Assembly: GCA_963785725.1 (NCBI GenBank)
Contig: CAWAWS010000014.1
Location: 192,001-256,000, forward strand
Direction of reading: 5' to 3'
Length of the DNA stretch: 64,000 bases
Origin: an uncultured delta proteobacterium
GTDB lineage: Bacteria; Myxococcota_A; Polyangia; Palsa-1104
The notes under the pieces are model-generated. The model was not told the DNA's origin. It ran no database searches and saw only the letters and a list, made by a program, of their open reading frames with translations. Both the position numbers and the translations under genes were made by a program. Position 1 is the stretch's first letter. Each line of letters opens with the position of its first letter. Positions 9,960 to 24,544 of the stretch are shown piece by piece.

Positions 9960-11066
9960 ATGGCTGCTGCAGTCTTGTTGCTGGTTGCGTTGGCGCTCAT
10001 CGGCTACGCCTACGTCGGCTATCCGGCGCTCGTCTTCTTGCGCGCGCGCTTCTCGCCGCGGCCGATCCGGCGGGCGCCGATTCGCCCGCACGTCACCGTC
10101 GTCATCGCGGCCTGGAACGAGGCGCGCAACATCTTGCACAAGCTGCAGGATCTGGCGCAGCAGTCGTATCCGCCCGAGCTGACCGAGGTCATCGTGGCCT
10201 GCGACGGCTCCAGCGACGGCACGCCGCTCATCGCCGAGCGCGCGCGGCCGCTTTGGGGTGAGCGGCTGCACGTCGTCAAGATCGCACAGCACTCGGGCAA
10301 GGCGACGGCGCTGAACGCGGCCATGCGGCGGGCGCGCGGCGAGATCGTCGTCTTTACCGACGCGCGCCAAGAGCTGACGCACAACGCGGTGGCGGCGCTG
10401 GTCGACAACTTCGCCGACGCCGAAGTGGGCGCGGTCGGTGGCGAGCTGGTGCTCGCGGGCGACGTGCCGGCGGGCGTGTACTGGAAATACGAGGCGGCGC
10501 TGCGCAAGTGGGAATCGGCGGCGGGCTCGACGATCGGCGTCTCGGGCGCGCTCTACGCCTTGCGCCGCGAGCTGTGGCAGCCGCTGCCGGAAGAGACGAT
10601 CTTGGACGACGTGCTGGTGCCGATGCGGGTGCGGCTGGCCGGCCGCCGCGTCGTGCTCGAGCCGCTGGCCAAGGCGTTCGACCTGGCCGGCGAGAGCTCG
10701 CGCGAGTTCATGCGCAAAGTACGCACGCTGTCGGGCAACTTCCAGCTGCTGGCGCTCGAGCCGCGGCTCCTGTCGCCGCTGGCCAATCCGTCGTGGTTCG
10801 GGCTCATGTCGCACAAGCTCATGCGCCTCGCGGTGCCGTACGCGATGTTGACGGCGCTCGTCGCCGCGGCGCTCTTGCCCGAGCCGTTCCGCGCGATCTT
10901 CTTGGGCGCGCAGCTGATCGCCTATGGCCTGGCGATGGCGCGCTGGCTCGGCGGCGGACAGGCGTCGCGGCTGGCCAAGCTGTGCGAGACCGTCGTCGTG
11001 CTCAACGCCGCGGCCGTCGTCGGTACCTTCCGCTTCTTGCGCTATGGCCGCCGCTTGCAGTGGTGA
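9960..11066 (+). CDS. Glycosyltransferase family 2, paralog of 1296-2428
   Basis: AAWNEA, CDGSSDGT, GKATALN, VFTDARQ, YWKYE, ILDDV, RKVRTLSGNFQ. Confidence 0.9.
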   Translation: MAAAVLLLVALALIGYAYVGYPALVFLRARFSPRPIRRAPIRPHVTVVIAAWNEARNILHKLQDLAQQSYPPELTEVIVACDGSSDGTPLIAERARPLWGERLHVVKIAQHSGKATALNAAMRRARGEIVVFTDARQELTHNAVAALVDNFADAEVGAVGGELVLAGDVPAGVYWKYEAALRKWESAAGSTIGVSGALYALRRELWQPLPEETILDDVLVPMRVRLAGRRVVLEPLAKAFDLAGESSREFMRKVRTLSGNFQLLALEPRLLSPLANPSWFGLMSHKLMRLAVPYAMLTALVAAALLPEPFRAIFLGAQLIAYGLAMARWLGGGQASRLAKLCETVVVLNAAAVVGTFRFLRYGRRLQW

Positions 11067-11104
11067 TTTTGTTTAAGGCCGTTCGTCGTCTATAACTGCG
11101 GCGC

Positions 11105-12152
11105 ATGTTGCGCGCCGTTCCCGATCGCCAGCTCGACGAGATTCTGTCGAAGGTTTCGCGATCGTTCTACTTGTCGCTGGCCATCTTGCCGCGCGCGATG
11201 CGGACGCAGCTGTCGGCGGCCTATCTCGTCGCGCGCGCGGCCGACACCATCGCCGACACGCGGCTCGTCAAACCCGCGCGGCGCATCGAGCTGCTCGACG
11301 GCATGCGCAAGACGCTGAGCGATCCGGCGCGCATCGCCGATTACGCGCGTGACGTCGGCGGCGAGCTGGTCGCGCCCGACGCCGCCGCCGACGACACCAG
11401 CGCCGCCGAGCGCCTCTTGTTGACGCGCTTGAGCGACTGCCTGACGCGCTTGTCGTCGTTCGCCGACGCCGACCGCGAGCGCGCCCGCAAAGTCATCGAC
11501 CTGCTCATCACCGGCATGGAGCGCGACCTCCAGCGCTTCGCCGATAGCAACCATTTGGTTGCGCTAGAGACGATGGCCGATCTCGACGAGTACACCTATC
11601 TCGCGGCCGGCTGCGTCGGCGAGTATTGGACGGTCATGACGGCGGCGCACGTGCCGACGGTGCGACGGCTTGGCGCGGCCCGACTTCGTGGCGCGCGGCG
11701 TGCGGCTCGGCAAGGCGCTGCAGCTGGTCAACGTCATCCGCGACGCGCCCGCCGATCTGTTGGCCGGGCGCTGCTACATTCCGCGCGAGCTGCTACAGCG
11801 ACACGGGCTCACGCCGGAAGATCTGCTGCACCCGCAGGCGCGGCGGCGGGCGAAGCCGGTGCTCGATGAGCTGCGCCGCTTGGCGTTGGCGCACGTCGAC
11901 GCGGCGTTTCCCTATGTGATGGCGGTGCCGCGTCGCGAGCCGCGCTTGCGGTTGGCGGCGCTGTGGCCGCTGTGGATCGGGCTCGGCACGCTGCACAAGA
12001 TCGCCATCGCCGACGATCCGCTCGATCCGGCGCGGCCGATCAAGATCAGCCGCAACGACGTCTATCGCATCATCGCCGAGTCGTCGTTGGTGGTGAGCGT
12101 CGACAGCGCGCTCGCGGCGCTGCAGCAGCGGCGGCGGCGGCAGGCCGAATGA
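11105..12152 (+). CDS. Squalene/phytoene synthase family protein, frameshift near 11670
   Basis: KVSRSF, YLVARAADTIAD, DEYTYLAAGCVG, GKALQLVNVIRD..DL..GRCYIP. Confidence 0.87.
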
Positions 12153-13189
12153 AACGCGCGGCGCTGTTGGCGTTGGCGGCGGCGGCGCTGTTCGGCGCCG
12201 GCGCGCCGCTGGCCAAGCGGCTGCTGGCGGAAGTCGCGCCGGCGATGTTGGCGGCGCTGTTGTACGCGGGCGCGGGCTTGATGGCGCTGCCGTTCGCGGC
12301 GCGGGCGTGGCGTCGGCGCGAGGCGCCGCTGCGGCGCGCCGACGTGCCGCTGTTGGCCGGCGTCATCGCGTTCGGCGGCGTCGCCGGTCCGTTGGCGTTG
12401 TTGTACGGGCTCGATCGCACGTCGGCCTCGTTGGCGTCGCTGCTGCTGAATTTGGAGGCGGTGTTCACCGTCGTCATCGCCGTCGTCGTCTTTCGCGAAT
12501 GGATCGGCGGGCGTGGTCTCGGCGCGCTCGTCGTCGTCGTCGCCGGCTGCGCGCTGTCGACGTTCGCCGGTGGCGCGCCGCTGACAGGCGCCGCCTCGGT
12601 CGGCCCGCTCGCCGTCGCCGGCGCCTGCGTCGCTTGGGCCGTCGACAACAACCTGACACAGCGCCTGTCGCTGCGCGATCCGCTGGCCGTGGTCGCGGTC
12701 AAAGGGCTGGGCGCGGCGCCGGTGGCGTTGGCGATCGCGCGGCTCACCGGCGCGCCCTGGCCGTCGCTGCGCGGCATGGCCGGCGGGCTCGTGCTCGGCG
12801 CGCTGTCGTATGGCGTGAGCTTGGCGCTCTATGTGCGCGCGACGCGGGCGCTGGGCGCGGCGCGCACGGGCACGCTGTTCGCGGCGGCGCCGTTCATCGG
12901 CGCGGCGCTGGCGATTCCGATCGCCGGCGAGCCGCCGTCGCTGCGACTGGCGGGCGCGGGGCTGCTCATCGCCGGCGGCGTGGCGCTGTTGCTGAGCGAG
13001 CAGCACGCGCATATGCATACCCACGAGCCCCTCGACCACGAGCATCTGCACACACACGACGACGCGCATCATCACCACGCGCATCACGGCGACGAAGGGC
13101 CGGCGCCGCACAGCCATCCGCATCGGCACGAGCCCGAGACGCACGCGCACGCGCACGCCTCGGACGCGCACCATCGCCACAAACATTAG
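12149..13189 (+). CDS. EamA/DMT family transporter with His-rich C-terminal tail
   Basis: About 10 hydrophobic segments, LLLNLEAVFT, WAVDNNLT; tail HAHMHTHEPLDHEHLHTHDDAHHHHAH..HHRHKH. Confidence 0.88.
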   Translation: MKRAALLALAAAALFGAGAPLAKRLLAEVAPAMLAALLYAGAGLMALPFAARAWRRREAPLRRADVPLLAGVIAFGGVAGPLALLYGLDRTSASLASLLLNLEAVFTVVIAVVVFREWIGGRGLGALVVVVAGCALSTFAGGAPLTGAASVGPLAVAGACVAWAVDNNLTQRLSLRDPLAVVAVKGLGAAPVALAIARLTGAPWPSLRGMAGGLVLGALSYGVSLALYVRATRALGAARTGTLFAAAPFIGAALAIPIAGEPPSLRLAGAGLLIAGGVALLLSEQHAHMHTHEPLDHEHLHTHDDAHHHHAHHGDEGPAPHSHPHRHEPETHAHAHASDAHHRHKH

Positions 13190-13385
13190 TCGCGCTAAGG
13201 GCCGGCGTTTCAGCCCGGCTGCGATGTGTCGGCGATGCTGGCTGGCTGCGTCGGTCCACGGCGACGGTCGTGCGGCTGTGAGCATCGCCAATTCTGTGGG
13301 TTTGCGCGGGCATTCGACGGTGTGCGAGCGTGTCGCGGCGGTCGGCCGCGACGCGCGGCGACGGTGCGCGTGACCGCGGCGCCGG

Positions 13386-13826
13386 CTATTTCGCGCGCAG
13401 CGTCGTCGTCGGGCGCGGCACGGTGTCGGGCGCGGCCTTCGTCAGCAGCTCGACGCGCACCACGCGCTTGACGCTCAGGCACAAGTTCTCGTGCGTCGGC
13501 AGGAGCAGGCGCAGCGGGCCGCCCTGCGCGTCGGGCAGCGGCACGCCGTCGAGCGCGTGGGCCAGCACGGCTGAGGCGTGCGCCTCGGCCAGCGTCAGGC
13601 AAGCGCGATAGTCGCCGTCGTCGTGGACCATGACGTGCGTGGCCGTGGGCAGCGGCTGTGCGCGATCGAGGAGCGCGGCGAGCCGCACGCCTTGGCCGCG
13701 CACCTTCGGGCTCAGCGCGGCCGTGTCGTCGACGCGCGCGGCGCCGGTGGCCAGCGCGTCGACGTCGTGCCAGTCGAGCGCGGCGGGATGGGCGCAGGCG
13801 CCGTCGATCGTCAGCTTCGCCGTCAT
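13386..13826 (-). CDS. Small molybdopterin oxidoreductase-domain protein (Oxidored_molyb-like)
   Basis: GVRLAALL, DGDY, LAHALDGVPLPDAQGGPLRL, SVKRVVRVE. Confidence 0.7.
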   Translation of the reverse strand: MTAKLTIDGACAHPAALDWHDVDALATGAARVDDTAALSPKVRGQGVRLAALLDRAQPLPTATHVMVHDDGDYRACLTLAEAHASAVLAHALDGVPLPDAQGGPLRLLLPTHENLCLSVKRVVRVELLTKAAPDTVPRPTTTLRAK

Positions 13827-13851
13827 GCGCGCATCGTACACCGAGGCGCGG

Positions 13852-14904
13852 TTACCCCGGCAGGCGGCCGACGTAGCGCGACGACGGGCGAATCAGCCGG
13901 CCGTGGGCGCGCTGCTCGGCGACGTGCGCGCACCAGCCGGCGCTGCGCGCGACCGCGAACGTCGGCGAGAAGAGCGGCCGCGGCAGCCCGACGGCGTCGA
14001 GGAGCACGGCCGTGTAGAACTCGACGTTGGCTTTGAGCGCGCGATCGGGATGGCGGCGCGCCAGCGCGCCCTCGGCCGCGGCTTCCACCGCGCGCGCCAG
14101 CGCCAGCCGCGGCGTCCGCACGCCCGCTGCCTCCAGTCGCTCCAGCGCCCGCTCCAGCACCGCCGCGCGCGGATCGCGTACGCGATAAATGCGGTGCCCC
14201 ATGCCCATCAAGCGCCGGCCGGCGGCGAGCTCGGCCTCGAGCCAGGCCGTGGCGCGCGCCGGCTCGGCGATGGCGTCGAGCATGTCGAGCACCGGGCCGG
14301 GCGCGCCGCCATGCAGCGGACCTTTGAGCGCGCCGATGGCGGCCGTCAACGCCGACACCAGGTCCGAGCCGGTCGAGGCCACGACCCGCGCCGTGAACGT
14401 CGAGGCGTTCATGCCGTGATCGATGACGGTGACGAGGTAGGCGTCGAGCGCGCGTGCTGCCGCCGCCGGCGCGTGGCCGGTCACCATGCGCAGATAGTCG
14501 GCGGCGTGATCGAGCGTGGCATCGGGCGGCGTGGGCGCGGCGCCGGCGCGTCGTCGCGACCAGGCCGCCGCCAGCGTCGCGAAGGCGCCGACGAGCTCGA
14601 GCGGCGGCGCGCTCGGCGGCAAGTGCGCGACGGCCGCGCGCAGCGCGTCCATGCCGTCGGCGGCGTCGAGCGCGTCGCCGATGCGCGCCAGCCGATCGAA
14701 CCCGAGCATGCGACCGCGCGCCAACGCCGCCGTCGCGTCGCTCGCCGACCCGCCGACCATGAGCGCGGCCGCATCGGCGAAGCGCGCCGACTCCGCCAGC
14801 GCTTCCACGTCGTGGCCGGCCAGGATCAGCCGGCCGCGCTCGCCGTCGACGTCGGACAGCCGCGTCTCGGCGGCGATTACACCCTCGAGCCCGTTGGTCA
14901 TCAT
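13852..14904 (-). CDS. Citrate synthase family protein
   Basis: GLEGV, DHGMNASTF, GPLHGGA, GMGHRIY..DPRA, NVEFY, R..GWCAH. Confidence 0.92.
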   Translation of the reverse strand: MMTNGLEGVIAAETRLSDVDGERGRLILAGHDVEALAESARFADAAALMVGGSASDATAALARGRMLGFDRLARIGDALDAADGMDALRAAVAHLPPSAPPLELVGAFATLAAAWSRRRAGAAPTPPDATLDHAADYLRMVTGHAPAAAARALDAYLVTVIDHGMNASTFTARVVASTGSDLVSALTAAIGALKGPLHGGAPGPVLDMLDAIAEPARATAWLEAELAAGRRLMGMGHRIYRVRDPRAAVLERALERLEAAGVRTPRLALARAVEAAAEGALARRHPDRALKANVEFYTAVLLDAVGLPRPLFSPTFAVARSAGWCAHVAEQRAHGRLIRPSSRYVGRLPG

Positions 14905-14921
14905 GCTGCTACCATGCGTTC

Positions 14922-16172
14922 GTGACCCAGGTTGATCAACGTGGATTCGACAATCAACCAGCGTGGCTCACGGCCGAGCAGGCAGCGCGTACGCTCGACG
15001 TGAAGCTGAAGACGCTCTACGCCTACGTCAGCCGCGGGCTCATTCGGCGCATGCAGGATCCCGACGGCAAGAAGCGTTACGCGCGCGACGACGTGGCGCG
15101 GCTGCGCGCTCGTCATGACGCGCGCTCCGGTCACGGCGCCGTCGCCGCCGGCGCGCTGCGTTGGGGTGAGCCGGTATTGGCGACGGCGATCAGCGCCATC
15201 GCGCCCGACGGCCCGCGCTATCGCGGCCAGCCGGCGCTGCGCCTGGCCGCCGAAGGCGCGCCCTTCGAGTCGGTGGCCGAGCTGTTGTGGACGGGCGCGA
15301 TGCTGCCGCTGCGTCCGGCGTGGCCGGCGTCGCTGCCCTTGCCGCGCGCCAAGCTGCAGGCGCTGTTGCCGAAGCGGGCGTCGCCGTTCTTGGTCCTGCA
15401 GCTGACCGTCGTCGCGTTGGCCGCGGCCGATCCGGCGCCGTTTCCGGCCGTGCTCGCGCAGGAGCTCGACCGCGCGCGGGCGCTCGTGCGCACGCTGGCG
15501 GCGGCGGCGGCGCTCGCCTTCGACGGCAAGCGCCACGAAGCCGCGGCGCGCGCGTCGTCGCTGGCCGAGACGGCGACGATCGCGCTCGGCGGTGACGGCG
15601 CGCGGCGCACGGTCGCGGCCGTCGAAGAGGCGCTCGTGCTCTCGGCCGATCACGAGCTCAACGTCTCCAGCTTCGCCGCGCGCGTGGCGGCGTCGACGGG
15701 CGCCGACCTGTACGCCTGTTTGACGTCCGCGCTGGCGACGATGAGCGGCCCGTTGCATGGCGGCGAGTCCGACCGCTTCGCCGCGTTCGTCGCCGAGGCG
15801 GGCACGCCGGCGCGCGCCGCTGCCGTCGTCGCAGCGCGGGCGCGCCGCGGCGATCGCTTTCCCGGCTTCGGCCACCGCCTCTATCCTGCTGCCGATCCGC
15901 GCGGCGCCCGCCTGCTCGCGCTCGCGCGACGCATCGCTCCACGCAGCCTGCGCACGATCGACGCCGTCATCGACGCCGTCGCCGCCAGCGGTGGCGAGCC
16001 GCCGTCGCTCGACGCCGGGCTGCACGCGCTCACCGTCGCGCTCGATCTGGCGCCCGGCGCCGGCGCCGCGCTCTTCGCGCTCGGTCGCACGGCGGGCTGG
16101 GTCGCGCACGTGCTCGAACAGCGCGCCGAGCCGTCGCTGCTGCGGCCGCGCGCTCGTTACGTCGGTGTGTGA
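14922..16172 (+). CDS. Helix-turn-helix + citrate synthase-like fusion protein
   Basis: N-terminal WLTAEQAARTLDVKLKTLYAYVSRG; C-terminal ADHELN, GPLHGG, GFGHRLY, GRTAGWVAH. Confidence 0.88.
   Translation: MTQVDQRGFDNQPAWLTAEQAARTLDVKLKTLYAYVSRGLIRRMQDPDGKKRYARDDVARLRARHDARSGHGAVAAGALRWGEPVLATAISAIAPDGPRYRGQPALRLAAEGAPFESVAELLWTGAMLPLRPAWPASLPLPRAKLQALLPKRASPFLVLQLTVVALAAADPAPFPAVLAQELDRARALVRTLAAAAALAFDGKRHEAAARASSLAETATIALGGDGARRTVAAVEEALVLSADHELNVSSFAARVAASTGADLYACLTSALATMSGPLHGGESDRFAAFVAEAGTPARAAAVVAARARRGDRFPGFGHRLYPAADPRGARLLALARRIAPRSLRTIDAVIDAVAASGGEPPSLDAGLHALTVALDLAPGAGAALFALGRTAGWVAHVLEQRAEPSLLRPRARYVGV
14930..14959. promoter_or_regulatory. Putative operator GGTTGAT-N16-ATCAACC at the citrate synthase divergon
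   Basis: Inverted repeat containing the perfect palindrome GTTGATCAAC (14931-14940). Confidence 0.5.
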
Positions 16173-16201
16173 TAGCGTCGCGCCCTCAACGGGAGGGACT
16201 C

Positions 16202-16864
16202 ATGAACAAGCTCGTCATTACCGCACTGATCCTCGGTGGATTCTCCGTCGCCCACGCGCAAGCTCCGGCCGCCGCGCCCGCTGCCAAAGCTGCGCCCGCG
16301 GCGCCTGCCGCCAAGGCTGCGCCCGCTGCGACCGCCGCGAAGCCGGGCGAGCCGCCGCCGGGCGTGCCGCCCGCGATGACGCCGCCCAAGCCCGGCGCCG
16401 AGACCGACGCGCTCAAGCCCTTCGCGCACTCGTCGACGATGGCCGGCACCGTCCCCGCCAACGCGATGGGCAACCCGGCCGAGCTGCCGACCAAGGCCAA
16501 GACCACGTGCAAGTGGGTCGCCGGCAACTTCTGGGTCTCGTGTGACATCGACGAGACCGTCGGCACCGGCAAGACCGCGATGCACTGGCAGGGCCACTGG
16601 ACGTTCGGCTACGACCTCGCGGCCAAGGCCTATCGCGGCGTGATGTTCTCGTCGGAGGGCCAGCACATGGCCATGAAGGGCACGCTCGACGGCACGAAGC
16701 TCGTGTGGGAATCGGCGCAGGAGATGAAGGCGACGAACATGCCGACGAAGCTGCGCATCACCGAGGACGCGACCGATCCGAAGGCAATCAAGTTCACCGA
16801 AGAGGGCTTGATGAACGGCAAGTGGATGCCGTTGACGAGCGCCGTCGAGAAGCCGACCAAGTAG
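16202..16864 (+). CDS. Secreted hypothetical protein (DUF1579-like beta-barrel)
   Basis: GGAGG RBS, signal peptide ..AHA, Ala/Pro linker, PKPGAE..LK, beta-rich domain. Confidence 0.65.
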   Translation: MNKLVITALILGGFSVAHAQAPAAAPAAKAAPAAPAAKAAPAATAAKPGEPPPGVPPAMTPPKPGAETDALKPFAHSSTMAGTVPANAMGNPAELPTKAKTTCKWVAGNFWVSCDIDETVGTGKTAMHWQGHWTFGYDLAAKAYRGVMFSSEGQHMAMKGTLDGTKLVWESAQEMKATNMPTKLRITEDATDPKAIKFTEEGLMNGKWMPLTSAVEKPTK

Positions 16865-16893
16865 CCGCTTCCCGACGGCGATTCGCGTTCTGC

Positions 16894-19192
<2,299 letters not shown>

Positions 19193-19213
19193 CGGCTGGC
19201 CCTCGTAAGCCGT

Positions 19214-19582
19214 TCACTGATCATCTTTTTTGCTTCCGCCTTCATCGTCGTCGTCCGGCTCCATCGTGCACTGCAGCGGGAACTCGGCCTTCTCGGCCAG
19301 CTCCATCACCATCGCCACCTTCGTCTCGGCGATCTCGTAGGTGTAAACACCGGCGATACCCACTCCGTTCTGGTGGATGTGCAGCATGATCGCCGACGCC
19401 GACGCCTCGTCGTGGTGGAACACGTGCGTCAGCAACGCCACGACGAACTCCATCGTCGTGTAGTCGTCGTTGAGCAGCAGCACCTTGTACAGCTTGGGCC
19501 GCTGCAGCTTCTGCTTGGTCTTCTTCTCCAGCTCGGTCGCGACGCCGCCGTCTTCGACCTTGGGTTTCTGCGGCTTGCTCAT
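19214..19582 (-). CDS. clpS: Clp protease adaptor ClpS
   Basis: YKVLLLNDDYTTMEFV, MLHIH..G, YEIAETK, FPLQCTME. Confidence 0.96.
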   Translation of the reverse strand: MSKPQKPKVEDGGVATELEKKTKQKLQRPKLYKVLLLNDDYTTMEFVVALLTHVFHHDEASASAIMLHIHQNGVGIAGVYTYEIAETKVAMVMELAEKAEFPLQCTMEPDDDDEGGSKKDDQ

Positions 19583-20788
19583 GCCTTCGCTCTCATGACC
19601 CTGTCGGTTCCAAAGCTTTGTCCGCCGCCGCGGCCGGTTTCAAGAATCGGCGTGTGCTCGCGCCAGTAGGCGAGCGCCCGCTCGCGCTCGCTGGCTTCGG
19701 CGCGGATGTGGTCGCGGATCGGCTTGTCCAGCCGCGCGTCCAAGAACAGGTGCGAGCTGAACGTCTCCGACGGCTCGAAGCCGCGCGGGATTTTGTGCTC
19801 GCCGCCCGCGCCGCCTTCGAAGACCTGCACCCGGCGCCGGATGCACTGATCTATCGAGTGATACATGCACACGTTGAAATGTAAGAAGCGGTGATCCTCG
19901 AAGCATCCCCAATAACGACCATAAAGGTGCGTTTGCGAAGCGACATTGAACGCGCCGGCGACGAGCTTGCCGTCGGACAGCCGCTCGGCCGCTACCAGCT
20001 CCACCTGACCCGGCATGTTGGCGACGATGCGGCGATAGAAGCGCGCGGTTGATCCAGCGCCGTCCCCACATCAGCTTGTCCACCGTCGAACGATGTAGAT
20101 CGAAGGCGGCGTCGGCCCAGCGCTCGGGCGCGGCGCGCAATTCTTCCTCACGCAAGGTGCGGATGCTGATGCCCTGCTTGGCCGCTTCATTGCGCTCGCG
20201 CTTGGCCTGGTTGCGCTTCTTGGAGTCGAAGCGGGCCAAAAAGTCGTCGAAGCTGGCGTAGTTGGCGTTGCGCCAGTGATATTGGTAGGAGACGCGCTTG
20301 GCCAGGCCCGCGGCGGCCAATTCGTCGGCTTCGTCGGGCTGCGGAAAGAGCACGTGCAGCGACGAAGCGCGCGCCCGTCGCGCCAGATCGACGGCGCCGG
20401 CGATGACGCGGCGCACGCAGTCGGCGCGATCTTCGCCGGCGCGCACCAAGATGCGCCGGCCCGTGCACGGCGTAAACGGCACCGTCAGCGACAGCTTCGG
20501 GTAATAGCGGATTCCCGCGTTCTCGACGCCCTGCGCCCAGCCCCAGTCGCGCGAAAAATCGCCGTCCGAGTCGGTCTTCAGATAGGCCGGCGCCGCCGCG
20601 ATCAGCTCTTTGCCGCGCCACAGCGACAAATGACACGCCTGCCAGCCGGTTTCACCCGTCGCGCAGCCCGACGTCTCCATCGCCTCGAGCCAATGCCAGC
20701 GCGTGAACGGGGTCGCGTTCTCGTCGAGGAGCGCGTCCCACGCCGGCTGGGGAATCTCGGCGATGCTGTCGTGTACTCGGAGCTCCAC
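19579..20788 (-). CDS. FemAB-like / DUF482 GNAT-fold protein, frameshift near 20045
   Basis: PFTRWHWLEAME.SGC, GW, PAYLK, DWGWA, YYPKL..VPFTPCTG, QYHW.N, LYGRYWG, EGGAGGEHK..RGF. Confidence 0.85.
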
Positions 20789-20872
20789 GGTGTCCGCGAT
20801 TGTACCTCGCTTCAAGGTGAGTCGCCCGTCGGCGCAGCGCAACGAAACCTTTTCTGCTAGATTCCCCGGCCC

Positions 20873-23201
<2,329 letters not shown>

Positions 23202-23254
23202 CAGTCGCCGGTTCGACCCGATAAGCGTCAAAAATCAATATGTTGTACCGAAGT

Positions 23255-23686
23255 CTAGCGGCCTGGTCGACGCGGCGGAAGCGCGCGGGCAGAACTTTCG
23301 GCCGTCGCTGCGCGTTCGATGAGGTCGCGCAGGAGCGTGCGATGGCAGCGGTTCTCGTCGGCGCAGGCGGAAGAGCAGAGCAGGGTGAGCGGCTCGCCGC
23401 CGGCGACCGAGCGCGCCAGCCACGCGATCTTGCGCGCCGGCGTCGGCGCGCGCATTTCGGCGTCGTACAGCTCTTCGTAGTCGCGCCAGGCGATGAGCGG
23501 CTGCCCGTCCTTGCCGTAGGCCGCAGCGTGCAACGCGACCGAAGGGCCCAGCTCTTTCCACCAGGCGTCCCATGTTTCCGCGTCCTTGGCGATGCCGCGA
23601 GGACGGTAGCGGCAAATGAGGAGGCGGAAGCCGTCGTCGCTCGCCCGCGGGTCGTCCCAGCGCTTGGTTTTGACGCGCAATATCAT
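23255..23686 (-). CDS. DUF488 (YeaO-like) family protein
   Basis: KRWDDP..DDGFRLLICRYRPRGI.K, WWKELGPS, LTLLC, CHR..L. Confidence 0.8.
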   Translation of the reverse strand: MILRVKTKRWDDPRASDDGFRLLICRYRPRGIAKDAETWDAWWKELGPSVALHAAAYGKDGQPLIAWRDYEELYDAEMRAPTPARKIAWLARSVAGGEPLTLLCSSACADENRCHRTLLRDLIERAATAESSARALPPRRPGR

Positions 23687-23759
23687 GTCGATATAAGTCG
23701 CTTGACGAGTATTACCCTGCATTCTAAGTTTCGCGTTCGCGGAAGGTGAGGTCCACCCG

Positions 23760-24461
<702 letters not shown>

Positions 24462-24544
24462 CGCGACGGCATTGGCGTCTGCCGCTGGCTCGTCAGGTTC
24501 GCCTGGCGGGCCAGTTTCATTTTCGGCCTGTACAATCGCGGCGC

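Noticed and set aside
7344..11066. 1240-aa ORF that looks like a PP2C-glycosyltransferase fusion
   Set aside because: Artefact: the PP2C shifts frame near 8230 and ends at 8718, the middle is antisense to the 8796-9869 gene, and the GT2 has its own ATG at 9960.
13190..13385. Short inverted repeat GGCGATGCT/AGCATCGCC between convergent genes
   Set aside because: A 9-bp arm in high-GC DNA with no other support; at most a terminator-like fold.
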